Part shown: one piece after another, positions 1 through 9,203 of the stretch
Numbering within the stretch: the first letter of the stretch is position 1
Layout of the letters: every line of letters starts with the position of its first letter
Virus record (IMG/VR): IMGVR_UViG_2913123054_000005
Coordinates: 1-37,915 of that record
Direction: 5' to 3' (one strand)
Origin: a virus
Lineage: Duplodnaviria; Heunggongvirae; Uroviricota; Caudoviricetes
DNA: 37,915 bases
Notes under the pieces: generated by a model
Databases searched by the model: none
What the model was told of the DNA's origin: nothing
What the model saw: only the letters and a program-made list of their open reading frames with translations
Position numbers and translations under genes: made by a program

Positions 1-1038
1 TTAACGCTTATCAGCCACCAGCTTGAGCGCATGTTCCAGCACGTTAATGTCAGCGCCCGCTTTATGGGCATTTTCACTTAAATACCGCCGCCACTGACGC
101 GCGCCGGGAATCCCCTGGAACAGCCCCAGCATATGCCGGGTGATATGACCGAGATACGTCCCCTGGCTGAGTTCACGCTCAATGTACGGGTACATGGCGC
201 GCACCACTGCCACCGGGTCGGCATCGGTATCCGAGGAACCAAAAATCTCACGATCCACCGCCGCCAGAATGCCTGGGTTTTGATACGCTTCACGCCCGAC
301 CATCACGCCATCCATATGTTGCAGGTGTGCTTTAGCCTCTTCCAGTGACTTGATGCCGCCGTTAATCGACATAGTCAGATGCGGGAAATCACGCTTCAGT
401 TGATAGACGCGCGGGTAATCGAGCGGCGGGATCTCACGGTTTTCTTTTGGGCTTAAACCGGAGAGCCAGGCTTTACGCGCGTGGATGATAAACATCTCGC
501 ATTCGCCTTTGCCGGAAACGGTGTCGATAAAATCACAGAGAAATTCATAGCTGTCCTGGTCGTCAATGCCAATACGCGTTTTCACCGTCACTGGAATCGA
601 CACTACATCGCGCATCGCTTTTACGCAGTCAGCCACCAGTTGCGCATTCCCCATCAGGCACGCGCCAAACATGCCGTTCTGTACCCGGTCTGACGGGCAG
701 CCGACATTCAGGTTGATCTCATCATATCCGCGCGCTTCTGCCAGCTTCGCGCACTGCGCCAGCGCCGCCGGATCGCTACCGCCCAACTGCAACGCCACCG
801 GATGCTCTTCTTCACTGTATGCCAGGTAATCACCTTTACCGTGAATAATCGCCCCTGTGGTCACCATTTCGGTATAGAGCAACGTATTACGGGAGAGCAG
901 ACGCAGGAAATAACGGCAGTGTCTGTCCGTCCAGTCGAGCATGGGAGCAATGCTAAACCGAGAATTCCAGTAAACACCAGTTTTTTCAGGCATCACGCTG
1001 GTTTGATTAATTTTTTGTGTTTCATGATTATCGTGCAT
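1..1038 (-). CDS. dusA: tRNA-dihydrouridine synthase A (complete, 345 aa)
   Basis: Full-length ORF; translation has the Dus-family TIM-barrel flavoenzyme look ([16 protein letters not shown]..., NLNVGCPS). Its start codon abuts the prophage integrase. Confidence 0.85.
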   Translation of the reverse strand: MHDNHETQKINQTSVMPEKTGVYWNSRFSIAPMLDWTDRHCRYFLRLLSRNTLLYTEMVTTGAIIHGKGDYLAYSEEEHPVALQLGGSDPAALAQCAKLAEARGYDEINLNVGCPSDRVQNGMFGACLMGNAQLVADCVKAMRDVVSIPVTVKTRIGIDDQDSYEFLCDFIDTVSGKGECEMFIIHARKAWLSGLSPKENREIPPLDYPRVYQLKRDFPHLTMSINGGIKSLEEAKAHLQHMDGVMVGREAYQNPGILAAVDREIFGSSDTDADPVAVVRAMYPYIERELSQGTYLGHITRHMLGLFQGIPGARQWRRYLSENAHKAGADINVLEHALKLVADKR

Positions 1039-1071
1039 TTTTGAACATTTCAGGCTATTTTTCTCGCGTTA

Positions 1072-1106
1072 GGTTCCCGCACAGGTTCCCACGTTTTATG
1101 GGAACC
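1072..1106. promoter_or_regulatory. GGTTCCC direct repeat plus inverted GGGAACC between dusA start and int start; candidate int/dusA control or arm-type site
   Basis: ggttccc at 1072-1078 and 1084-1090, gggaacc at 1100-1106, read directly from sequence. Confidence 0.3.
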
Positions 1107-1126
1107 CGAAATAACGAGGTCGTGTA

Positions 1127-2224
1127 ATGGCGTACTATAACATAGAGAAACGACTAAAATCCGATGGCACACCACGCTATCGCTGTAATGTGATTATCAA
1201 AGAAAAAGGTGTTATCACTTACAGGGAAAGCAAAACATTCCCTAAACATGCTCATGCCAAAACATGGGGCACACAGAAAGTGATGGAATTAGATCTATAT
1301 GGCATTCCATCATCAAATGCAGTTGACGGACTTACAGTCCGTGACTTACTACACAAATATTTAAATGACCCAAATGCCGGAGGTAAAGCAGGCCGTACTA
1401 AAAGATATGTGCTAGAACTGCTTATGGATAGTGACATCTCCGCGATCAAACTATCTGAACTGACAGAAAATGACGTAATTGAACATTGCAGGCTAAGAAA
1501 CAACGCTGGCGCAGGTCCAGCAACAGTCAGCCACGATGTTAGTTATCTTGGCAGTGTTCTGGATGCGGCCAAACCTGTATACGGAATTAATTACACATCA
1601 AACCCGGCGAAAAGTGCTCGTCCATATTTACTTAAACTTGGTTTGATTGGTAAATCATACCGTCGTAATCGTAGACCAGCATCTGATGAACTGGACATGC
1701 TCATTGAAGGCCTTCAACAACGATCTACTCATAAATGCTCAAAAATTCCGTTCGTTGATATCCTCAAATTTTCTGTGTGGTCCTGTATGCGAATCGGAGA
1801 AGTATGCCGGTTACGATGGGAAGATCTCGACCAGGAACAAAAATCTATACTCGTAAGAGACAGGAAAGATCCACGCAAAAAGGAAGGCAACCACATGAAA
1901 GTAGCCTTGCTTGGGGAAGCCTGGGATATCGTCCAACGACAGCCCCAAAAATCGGAATTCATTTTTCCATATAACAGCACTTCTGTTACTGCGGGATTTC
2001 AGAGGGTAAGAAGCAAATTAGGTATTAAGGATCTGCGATACCATGATTTGCGTAGAGAAGGGGCAAGTCGCTTATTTGAGGCTGGTTTTAGTATTGAGGA
2101 AGTCGCCCAGGTTACAGGGCATCGTTCATTAAACGTGCTATGGCAGGTATATACCGAACTGTATCCGAAATCTTTACATAATCGTTTTGAAGAGCTCCAA
2201 AGGAGCAGAAATAAGACCTCTTGA
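1127..2224 (+). CDS. int: Tyrosine-type site-specific integrase (dusA-associated)
   Basis: 365 aa; C-terminal catalytic region with H-x-x-R (YHDLRREGAS) and later GHRS...Y motifs; divergent from and adjacent to the dusA 5' end. Confidence 0.85.
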   Translation: MAYYNIEKRLKSDGTPRYRCNVIIKEKGVITYRESKTFPKHAHAKTWGTQKVMELDLYGIPSSNAVDGLTVRDLLHKYLNDPNAGGKAGRTKRYVLELLMDSDISAIKLSELTENDVIEHCRLRNNAGAGPATVSHDVSYLGSVLDAAKPVYGINYTSNPAKSARPYLLKLGLIGKSYRRNRRPASDELDMLIEGLQQRSTHKCSKIPFVDILKFSVWSCMRIGEVCRLRWEDLDQEQKSILVRDRKDPRKKEGNHMKVALLGEAWDIVQRQPQKSEFIFPYNSTSVTAGFQRVRSKLGIKDLRYHDLRREGASRLFEAGFSIEEVAQVTGHRSLNVLWQVYTELYPKSLHNRFEELQRSRNKTS

Positions 2225-2272
2225 CACTGTTTATCCATACAGTTAAAAATAATACTGTATACAAACACAGTA
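2221..2272 (+). promoter_or_regulatory. Promoter with -35 TTGACA and two tandem LexA (SOS) boxes CTGT-N8-ACAG upstream of the dinI-like gene
   Basis: ttgaca at 2221-2226; box 1 cACTGTttatccatACAGt at 2225-2242; box 2 tACTGTatacaaacACAGta at 2253-2272. Confidence 0.7.
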
Positions 2273-2285
2273 TAGAGGGACTTTT

Positions 2286-2534
2286 ATGCGTATTGAAATC
2301 TGCATAGCCAAAGAAAAAATGACTAAAATGCCAACCGGTGCTGTGGATGCGTTAAAGGAAGAATTAACCCGACGCATCAGTAAACGTTATGACGATGTAG
2401 AGGTGATCGTAAAAGCCACCAGCAACGATGGCCTTTCTGTTACACGCACCGCAGATAAGGATTCTGCAAAAACATTTGTTCAGGAGACTCTGAAAGATAC
2501 CTGGGAGTCTGCTGACGAGTGGTTTGTTCACTAA
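2286..2534 (+). CDS. dinI: DinI-like DNA damage-inducible protein
   Basis: 82 aa; [11 protein letters not shown]...[16 protein letters not shown] closely resembles the DinI family as recalled from memory; preceded by LexA boxes. Confidence 0.8.
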   Translation: MRIEICIAKEKMTKMPTGAVDALKEELTRRISKRYDDVEVIVKATSNDGLSVTRTADKDSAKTFVQETLKDTWESADEWFVH

Positions 2535-2602
2535 TTAACACGTAAAATCTGTAACGGCTGGAAATCATTCAATACTCGCACTATCGAACGTTCACAAGCC
2601 AA

Positions 2603-2646
2603 CCGCAGCACGTCCTGCATACGACGTGTCTGCGGTTTTTCTTTTT
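2603..2646 (+). terminator. Intrinsic terminator after the dinI-like gene
   Basis: ccgcagcacgtc / gacgtgtctgcgg stem (about 12 bp, one bulge) followed by tttttctttttc. Confidence 0.6.
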
Positions 2647-2649
2647 CGC

Positions 2650-3084
2650 TTACATTGCACCTGGTTCTTCCGGCCACTGAATATCCGGAGCACTGGAAGG
2701 GTCAACCGCATCAAGAGCATCCAAATAATCAAGCCACAAATTGTATTGAGCCAGTTCTTCACCTTTCAGACGACCTATGGCAGCTTTGCCAGGCCACTGC
2801 TTGTTGTTCATATAATTATTGGCATCATCGAGGCGACGTTTTTTTTCTCTGGTTGCCGAGGAAATGAGTTGTTCCTGCGTTGGTTCCGGTGCATCTGCCC
2901 ATACAGGCATCCCATCTTCTCCGGCAACCCGGACTTTCCCTGGATTCACTCTCACAAATTCCAGAAAAACATCTTCCCCAACTTCCACACCACTTTCAGG
3001 CCAGGTGCCTGAACGCTCATAGTCTGCCTTCAAAATTAATGGGTAGAAGGCATTTGTTTTGCTGTCATACAGGTATTTATTCAT
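2650..3084 (-). CDS. Tail fiber assembly protein (Tfa-like chaperone)
   Basis: 144 aa; position immediately downstream of the tail fiber gene and a Tfa-like C-terminal region. Confidence 0.65.
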   Translation of the reverse strand: MNKYLYDSKTNAFYPLILKADYERSGTWPESGVEVGEDVFLEFVRVNPGKVRVAGEDGMPVWADAPEPTQEQLISSATREKKRRLDDANNYMNNKQWPGKAAIGRLKGEELAQYNLWLDYLDALDAVDPSSAPDIQWPEEPGAM

Positions 3085-3087
3085 CTT

Positions 3088-3645
3088 TCAGAAACCTATC
3101 AAAATACATGAACCACCAGAAATAAAATCACTGGCGCGAGAAATAATGGTTGATGTCGGTCCTGTTCCAACATTTATTGCAAACGTGGTAATTCTCCCGC
3201 TGGTTGGTTCATATCCGGCACCCACTGCAAAGCCTAAAATTCCCCCAGGGAAAGGAATAGGTAAGTTGATAACCTGGTCACCATCATGCGGGGGGATCGG
3301 CACCCATTGAATAATTTTACCCGGTAGTTTTTGCCAGTAACGTTCTGACTGGAAACTGCTCATATCGGGAATATAGTTAATATCACTGGTACCAACTGGA
3401 CGTTTTGCAGCTTCTTTTAACTTAAGGAAGAGTGGTAGTGCTTCCCTTAGCTGGTCATGTCTCGATTTATCAAGTGACAGCCCGGCGTCTTCAACTATTC
3501 CAGCAAGTTCCTCCTGCAACATATCAAAGTAGTCATCATCCAGATCGGTGGCAGGCGTACCGGTCTGGGGGTTGCCACGGGTAAAACCGTTCTTACCCGC
3601 GCCGAACTTATCCTTCTGCGCGGTTTTCGTGTCTATACGATGCAT
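3088..3645 (-). CDS. Putative tail fiber protein (short)
   Basis: 185 aa, Gly/Pro-rich C-terminus; sits between a baseplate gene and Tfa. Unusually short for a fiber. Confidence 0.5.
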   Translation of the reverse strand: MHRIDTKTAQKDKFGAGKNGFTRGNPQTGTPATDLDDDYFDMLQEELAGIVEDAGLSLDKSRHDQLREALPLFLKLKEAAKRPVGTSDINYIPDMSSFQSERYWQKLPGKIIQWVPIPPHDGDQVINLPIPFPGGILGFAVGAGYEPTSGRITTFAINVGTGPTSTIISRASDFISGGSCILIGF

Positions 3646-3648
3646 GAA

Positions 3649-4233
3649 TTACTCCGGATATTTAAAAATTACGTAGGTATGCGACGGGCAGAGTTTGTTA
3701 AGCACACACTCGACAACGGTGTCGCCCCAGATACGCAGTGCGGAATCACAGGGATCGCCACATGTCATCCAGGTGGTGTTGGTGGCGGCTGGCATGTTGA
3801 CCTGCCAGTAATACCGCCATTCCGGTGCATTCACCGCGTCAGTACAGGCCGATGAGCAGGTGAACGTGCTTTTATCGTATCGCGTGATGGTGGCATCTGG
3901 TCTGCCCAGGGCAGCAAGCTGTGCAAGATAAAAATCCTCGTTGATGCCGCCCGCCAGGTTAACCTTCGCATCCAGCCGTTGCTGACGCTGGAGAAGGGTC
4001 TGTGTCCCTGCGGGAATACATTCATCCGGCAGGCCGCACAGACGCTCCCAGCGATTTATCAGTTCGGTGGTGGTGCGCGGATCCAGCTCCCGCATCAGGG
4101 CATCCGCACGCTGATGAACGCGGGTTAATGACGGTGCCGCACCGGCAATCGCCGGATCGCTGGCTGACCACGCCGGACCGGGCGGCAACAGTGCTGACAA
4201 CAGGCGAATGTAATCATCGTTTGTCACGTCCAT
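3649..4233 (-). CDS. Baseplate/tail protein, Mu gp48-like (tail protein I family)
   Basis: 194 aa; synteny at the end of a Mu-like baseplate module. Confidence 0.55.
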   Translation of the reverse strand: MDVTNDDYIRLLSALLPPGPAWSASDPAIAGAAPSLTRVHQRADALMRELDPRTTTELINRWERLCGLPDECIPAGTQTLLQRQQRLDAKVNLAGGINEDFYLAQLAALGRPDATITRYDKSTFTCSSACTDAVNAPEWRYYWQVNMPAATNTTWMTCGDPCDSALRIWGDTVVECVLNKLCPSHTYVIFKYPE

Positions 4234-5282
4234 GAAATCGTCCCCAGAACCGCCAGTTCATTTTTTGCAATGGAGGTATTGTCTGCCGGTGCAAGCAACT
4301 GATGGCTGTATTCCCCGTTCGCACCGGAAATCGCCTCACTGATACGCGACACCTTCAGTTCTCCCTGCGGATAACCATCACGCAGCAGGAACGAACGCAA
4401 CTCGGCGGTGATGGCAGCCCGTATTTCCGGTGTGTCCGGCGTCACACGGATATGAAAATCCACTTTATGCGCCACCGGCCTGAATACATACAAATCAGAG
4501 CCTGCCACCGGGGCCAGTGGCCCGATATGTTGTCTTGCCGCCGTTTCCGTTGATTCTTCCGGAATGGGATTAATCAGGTCACTGCTGGCAATCATCACAC
4601 CGACAGTTCCCGTTCCCATCCAGTGACGGTATGTCCATGCGCGGGTAATGCCGGGCACTTCTTTAGCCCAGACGACATAGTCCACGTCAGCCCCGCCCTG
4701 CGGCGTCCAGTAATACCGCTCAATGACGCGGGCGCGCCACGTTTCCAGATCTTCAGTATCGAATCCGCCAGTCAGGGTATCTGCAACACCGGAAGACGGC
4801 AGACCATTCACCGGCGTGACCAGGATTAATGCCGTACCGTCGTCAGCGTTACCGACCGCGCCTGTAGTTGAGCAAGTGATCGGCACACGCAGGACACCAC
4901 CGGAGCTGGTTGCATCGGCAGTTGCCGTGTACTGAACCAGGTCATCGCGCTGAATCACGCTCCCGGCAGTCACCTTCAGGCCATCGCTGACACCTTCCCA
5001 GCGCATATACCCGCTGGCAGCCGTGGCCCCCTTGCGCGGACACCGTTTCATCGCAGCATGTCGCGCCAGCCAGGACTCATCGCACAGGTCAGGCAGCATA
5101 TTCATTGCCAGATAATCGATGTACCCGTAAACCGTATGCAGCGCCGCCGCATACACCTTTGCCCGCACGTCTTCATCCATGCGCCGGAGCGTGTCGCTGA
5201 CGTCCAGCCTGGCGAATAAATCGTTACGGAGCATACTGATATTTTCTGCCAGCGTCGGGCGCTGAAATTCACTGTCCGCCAT
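4224..5282 (-). CDS. Baseplate J-like protein (Mu gp47-like)
   Basis: 352 aa; size and synteny in baseplate module. Confidence 0.65.
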   Translation of the reverse strand: MADSEFQRPTLAENISMLRNDLFARLDVSDTLRRMDEDVRAKVYAAALHTVYGYIDYLAMNMLPDLCDESWLARHAAMKRCPRKGATAASGYMRWEGVSDGLKVTAGSVIQRDDLVQYTATADATSSGGVLRVPITCSTTGAVGNADDGTALILVTPVNGLPSSGVADTLTGGFDTEDLETWRARVIERYYWTPQGGADVDYVVWAKEVPGITRAWTYRHWMGTGTVGVMIASSDLINPIPEESTETAARQHIGPLAPVAGSDLYVFRPVAHKVDFHIRVTPDTPEIRAAITAELRSFLLRDGYPQGELKVSRISEAISGANGEYSHQLLAPADNTSIAKNELAVLGTISWT

Positions 5283-5697
5283 GCGTTATCGCACTCCACA
5301 GATCATCAAAAGAAATCATTACCGGTCCGTCACGGCGCCAGAGAGTGATACTGTTACCCAGCTCATTAATCCCGGTGCGGCGGATATCCAGATCAATACG
5401 GGACACCACGCCGTCATCAATCATCCATTGCAGGCATTCGCGGATATACCCCCTTACCGTCTGCACCAGCTGATTGGTCAGTTTGCTGCGCTGAAGCAGC
5501 CACAGTCGGGAGCCGTAACGGTCATTCTGTACCGCAGGCCAGGTATCCCCCCACCATCCCATCGGGACGTCGGCGTTGTCATCAGGCTCCGCCCGCCGCC
5601 AGGTAAACAGGGAAATCACCACGGCGCGGGTCAGCGGATCCAGCGGTGCGCTGGCGCAGGTGCGTTTACCGTTCACCGTCAGCCACAGTTCCATCAT
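5269..5697 (-). CDS. Baseplate wedge protein, Mu gp46 / GPW-like
   Basis: 142 aa; synteny. Confidence 0.55.
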   Translation of the reverse strand: MMELWLTVNGKRTCASAPLDPLTRAVVISLFTWRRAEPDDNADVPMGWWGDTWPAVQNDRYGSRLWLLQRSKLTNQLVQTVRGYIRECLQWMIDDGVVSRIDLDIRRTGINELGNSITLWRRDGPVMISFDDLWSAITHGGQ

Positions 5698-6242
5698 GCC
5701 TCCATCGCTTTATCAGGTTTGTCGGTGTTACTGCCCTGACCGTTCTCTCTGTGACGATGCCCGTTATAGGCAAGCCGCATCGCTGACATGGTGGTGCCGC
5801 TGGAGTCGCACAGGTCTTTCACCTGTCCTGTCACTTCCAGGTCCATTTCAAAACGTGCTTTAGGTGAATTGCGAAACGTGATCGTTTTACCTGCACCGTC
5901 CACCACGATCCCCTCCCGGGTCAGCGTCACGGACTGCCCCTGATCGTCATAGACAGCCACCTCACCCGTCTGCAGCCCTTTCAGGCGGTAGCGCCGGTCC
6001 GACACCGTAACAACCACCGCATGAGAACGGTCGCCATCCGGAAACAACACCACCGCTTCCGCACCGCTGTTTGCCCTTGCGGTAAAACCGTAGGGTTCAA
6101 GATGTTCAACCCCGGCTTTTGGTTCACCGGCAATCAGGGACACATCCACGGTCTGACATTTCGTGGCGGCACTGATGCTTTTCACCACGGCCCGCCCAAT
6201 CAGGCCGAGGAGTTGTCGCTGCATGGCTTCAATCGTCCTCAT
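5694..6242 (-). CDS. Baseplate assembly protein V-like (spike, Mu gp45-like)
   Basis: 182 aa; synteny and size. Confidence 0.55.
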   Translation of the reverse strand: MRTIEAMQRQLLGLIGRAVVKSISAATKCQTVDVSLIAGEPKAGVEHLEPYGFTARANSGAEAVVLFPDGDRSHAVVVTVSDRRYRLKGLQTGEVAVYDDQGQSVTLTREGIVVDGAGKTITFRNSPKARFEMDLEVTGQVKDLCDSSGTTMSAMRLAYNGHRHRENGQGSNTDKPDKAMEA

Positions 6243-7321
6243 CAGAACGGGTCCTCCTGTACTCTGGCTTTTTTCTTTTTCCGCGCGCCGGGGGCTTCGG
6301 GTTCAGGCAGATAAGCATCAGGCGGGCCGACACGGATTTCCGTCAGGGTGCCGTTCTGGTCCTGAGTAAACGTGACTTCCGAAACAAGCAGTTCGGTATT
6401 GTCGAAACCACAGACCGGATCAAAGACAATCACCCGCTGGTTGGGCTGCCACAGCGTACCGTTACCTTGTCGCCAGCCCTGCACCACATAGGTGGTTTCA
6501 TCCGTCCGCGCCGCCCGTTGTCGGGCTTCAAAGTCCGCACGGGCAATACAGCCTGCCCCCGTAGCCTGCCCTGTCTGCCTGATATACATCGGACGGTAAC
6601 GGGCAATAAATGCGTCCTCTGTGCGGGCCCGCAGCGCGGTGGTGGTGGCCTCACCGAAATCATCGTCGTTTCCGGCACGCTGCCCCGCCACCTGGTAAAC
6701 AGAAAATCGCTCCCGGATACTCTTCTCCGTATCGCAGGAAAGGATGTTTTCCCCGAGTACCAGCGCAGTATGTGCCCGCGTTGAGCCAATACCGCCAATC
6801 ACCAGCCTGCCGTGCGGGTCGTCGTAAGCCAGTGCCTGCTGCTGACCGAGTATTTTGTTGATTACCTCAATCACTGTTTCACCGTGATCAGGCTGAACAT
6901 CAGGAATAACACCCGACGGCGCACCGCTGTTCACCACCTCAATGCCGAAAGGCGCAGCAAGCGCCTGCGCAATCTGCACCAGCGAGCGTCCGTTAAACTG
7001 TGTCGGTTCGGCTGCACAGTCAATCAGGTCAGCCGTCAGACTACGTCCGGCAATACCGGTGCTGACCGAACGGGCATCGTAACGAACGGGAGTCGCCTCC
7101 ACCCAGCCGGTGATCACCAGCTCATCACCAATCAGCACTTCCACTTTTGAACCGTTTTTAATGCGCGGCTGAAGCGTGGTGATACCCTCATCTCCCGGCC
7201 ACTGGCGGGTGATCTCCACACTGAAATCCCGCGCCAGCCGTTCAATACCGGCACCGATGCGCACCGATGTCCAGCCATTCCACTCCCGGCCATTTACCCG
7301 TAGCGTGACATTGTCGTTCAT
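6242..7321 (-). CDS. Baseplate hub / late control D-like protein (Mu gp44-like)
   Basis: 359 aa; synteny between the DNA circulation gene and the spike gene. Confidence 0.55.
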   Translation of the reverse strand: MNDNVTLRVNGREWNGWTSVRIGAGIERLARDFSVEITRQWPGDEGITTLQPRIKNGSKVEVLIGDELVITGWVEATPVRYDARSVSTGIAGRSLTADLIDCAAEPTQFNGRSLVQIAQALAAPFGIEVVNSGAPSGVIPDVQPDHGETVIEVINKILGQQQALAYDDPHGRLVIGGIGSTRAHTALVLGENILSCDTEKSIRERFSVYQVAGQRAGNDDDFGEATTTALRARTEDAFIARYRPMYIRQTGQATGAGCIARADFEARQRAARTDETTYVVQGWRQGNGTLWQPNQRVIVFDPVCGFDNTELLVSEVTFTQDQNGTLTEIRVGPPDAYLPEPEAPGARKKKKARVQEDPF

Positions 7322-8658
7322 TGCACTGGCACCTTCAGAGGGATCACCGGCACAAAGCCGGGATGCGTAATGGCATTACGCCGGATAATGTCCGCGTCAC
7401 GCGCCGCGTTATCAAACCAGGTCGCCGCCAGCACCAGCGCGGGTAAAACCTCATCCGGTGTGCGCTGAATGATCCGTGCAGACTGTTCAAGGCGCGTGTT
7501 GATATCCGCATTCAGATCTGCTTTCACCCGGCGCAGCGCCAGAAACAGCGCATCGCTGGTTGTACGGGACAACTCCTTATCAATTGCCGTATTCAGTGTG
7601 TCGCGAATGTCAGTCAGTTCTTCCCACGTCGGCAGGTCAACCGTGTTTTTCACCGCCGGTGCATTGTTCAGTGCCGGATGCGTGACGGAAGGCCAGCCAG
7701 TGCTCTGCGCGGGTGTTGTTGCCTGCCCCACTGCGGAATTCTGCATCACCGCGGAAGTTGTTGGCGCAGGCAATCGGGTGACGGCATACGCCGCTTCGCT
7801 GATTGCGGTCGTACGAAGGGTGCTGGCAACCACGTTACGCTGCTGCGTCGCCGTGGCGGTGGTTTTACTGTCCGTTTTCCAGACGCCGCGCGGTTGCAGA
7901 TCGCTGCCGAGGCTGACACCGGAAAGCGTTTTGATCATGGTGACCAGGTCGCTGGCGTTACCATAAAGGCGTTTCCCGGTACGCCACATTTTCTGCACCT
8001 GCTCAACGAAATTTTTGCCTGACGATGGCGGCGGCAGAAGTACCGAGATATCCCCCTGCAACAGCCTGGCGGCATCCGATACGGCAGAATCCACCACTTT
8101 CATCGCATCAGAAACATACCCCAGCATTATGCTGGCATTACCGATAACGTCGTTCTGCACGAAATCCGCCACACCATCGATACTGAAACCGCTGAAGCTG
8201 TCACTGATGCAGTCATCCAGTGCAGAACAGGATGACATCAGCGTCTGCGCCGTCGCCGCACCTGATGTGGGGTAAGAGAGTTCTCCTGCTTCGACAAACT
8301 TCAGGTCAAAGCGGACAATACGCCCTTCACTTTTCGATGTGCTGACCCGAACTTCCCCGTCAACACAGACTTTCAGCTCACCATATGTCGGGTGGACAAG
8401 CGTGCCGGGACCGGGTTTATTCAGCGCTTCAATCAGGCGATCGCGCTGGTCAAAGCAGTCATCTCCCACCACATAAGCTGTGATGGACGGGCGGAAAGTG
8501 ATTTTCCCCAGGTCTTCGGTATAGGGTTTGTCGCGGTTTGGGTATTCATGCGTTTCAACCCGACGTCCTACCGGGGCCCCTTCATCTTCTACCTTGAACG
8601 GAACGCCGCGAAACGACGCTTCAACCAGTCTGTCTTTCCACGCCATTGTCTGCACCAA
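7318..8658 (-). CDS. DNA circulation protein-like tail protein (Mu gp43-like)
   Basis: 446 aa; lies downstream of the tape measure on the late strand as in Mu-like tails. Confidence 0.55.
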   Translation of the reverse strand: MVQTMAWKDRLVEASFRGVPFKVEDEGAPVGRRVETHEYPNRDKPYTEDLGKITFRPSITAYVVGDDCFDQRDRLIEALNKPGPGTLVHPTYGELKVCVDGEVRVSTSKSEGRIVRFDLKFVEAGELSYPTSGAATAQTLMSSCSALDDCISDSFSGFSIDGVADFVQNDVIGNASIMLGYVSDAMKVVDSAVSDAARLLQGDISVLLPPPSSGKNFVEQVQKMWRTGKRLYGNASDLVTMIKTLSGVSLGSDLQPRGVWKTDSKTTATATQQRNVVASTLRTTAISEAAYAVTRLPAPTTSAVMQNSAVGQATTPAQSTGWPSVTHPALNNAPAVKNTVDLPTWEELTDIRDTLNTAIDKELSRTTSDALFLALRRVKADLNADINTRLEQSARIIQRTPDEVLPALVLAATWFDNAARDADIIRRNAITHPGFVPVIPLKVPVQ

Positions 8659-8674
8659 TATGATTTGTTATAAG
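8646..8674 (+). promoter_or_regulatory. Candidate sigma70 promoter for the moron (TTGTCT, 17 bp spacer, TATAAG)
   Basis: ttgtct at 8646-8651, tataag at 8669-8674; a cgcttc/gaagcg palindrome follows; SD aaggagagg precedes ATG 8739. Confidence 0.35.
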
Positions 8675-8738
8675 CTACTCTGTTTCAGACGCTTCTTTCG
8701 AAGCGCCAGAGAACATTTACCTTTAAGGAGAGGTATAA

Positions 8739-9176
8739 ATGGAAATGTTTTTGCCGTTAATACTGGGTTTGTTGCTAGCCGTTTTCATAGGACGGTGGGC
8801 TTATAAAAAAGAAAAGACCAAGCCCAGAAAAATAATGGCTGCTCTTCTCGGTGCTGTTTTTGGATTCTTCGCACCACTGATAATCGCAGCGTTTGTTATG
8901 ACTCCCCCAGAAAAAGAAAAAACTAAAGAGGAGCTTGTTATGGCAAAGCTCACACGCTCTTTGGATGGTTGTCCACTTGATATGAAAGATCGCGTGAAAG
9001 AATCAATGAATGATCCCGATAGTTTTGAATGTATCGAAACTAACGTTATACGTCGTAAAGATGATTACGTCATGATCATGCAGTTCCGTGGCAAAAACCA
9101 ATTAGGGGGAATGGTTAAAAATGTCGCCAAGGCGGAATATGACTCAGAGGGAAATTTCGCAAGGTTCATCAATTAA
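8739..9176 (+). CDS. Membrane-anchored moron protein (two predicted TM helices plus soluble C-terminal domain), function unknown
   Basis: 145 aa on the strand opposite to all flanking tail genes; strong SD; N-terminus has two hydrophobic helices each followed by a K/E-rich EKEKTK-like stretch. Confidence 0.65.
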   Translation: MEMFLPLILGLLLAVFIGRWAYKKEKTKPRKIMAALLGAVFGFFAPLIIAAFVMTPPEKEKTKEELVMAKLTRSLDGCPLDMKDRVKESMNDPDSFECIETNVIRRKDDYVMIMQFRGKNQLGGMVKNVAKAEYDSEGNFARFIN

Positions 9177-9180
9177 AAAC

Positions 9181-9203
9181 AATGGGAGGTTTACCCTCCC
9201 ATT
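9181..9203 (-). terminator. Hairpin overlapping the tape-measure stop codon, followed on the minus strand by GTTTTTAATT; moron boundary
   Basis: aatgggagg / cctcccatt 9-bp perfect stem with the taa stop in the loop. Confidence 0.5.

Noticed and set aside
2626-3125. Plus-strand ORFs overlapping the tail fiber assembly and fiber genes (2626..3012, 2819..3022, 2880..3125)
   Set aside because: Antisense to better-supported minus-strand genes, low-complexity Ser/Pro/Arg composition, no SD.
3088-3645. Diversity-generating retroelement targeting the tail fiber
   Set aside because: No reverse transcriptase and no template-repeat copy of the fiber 3' end found.
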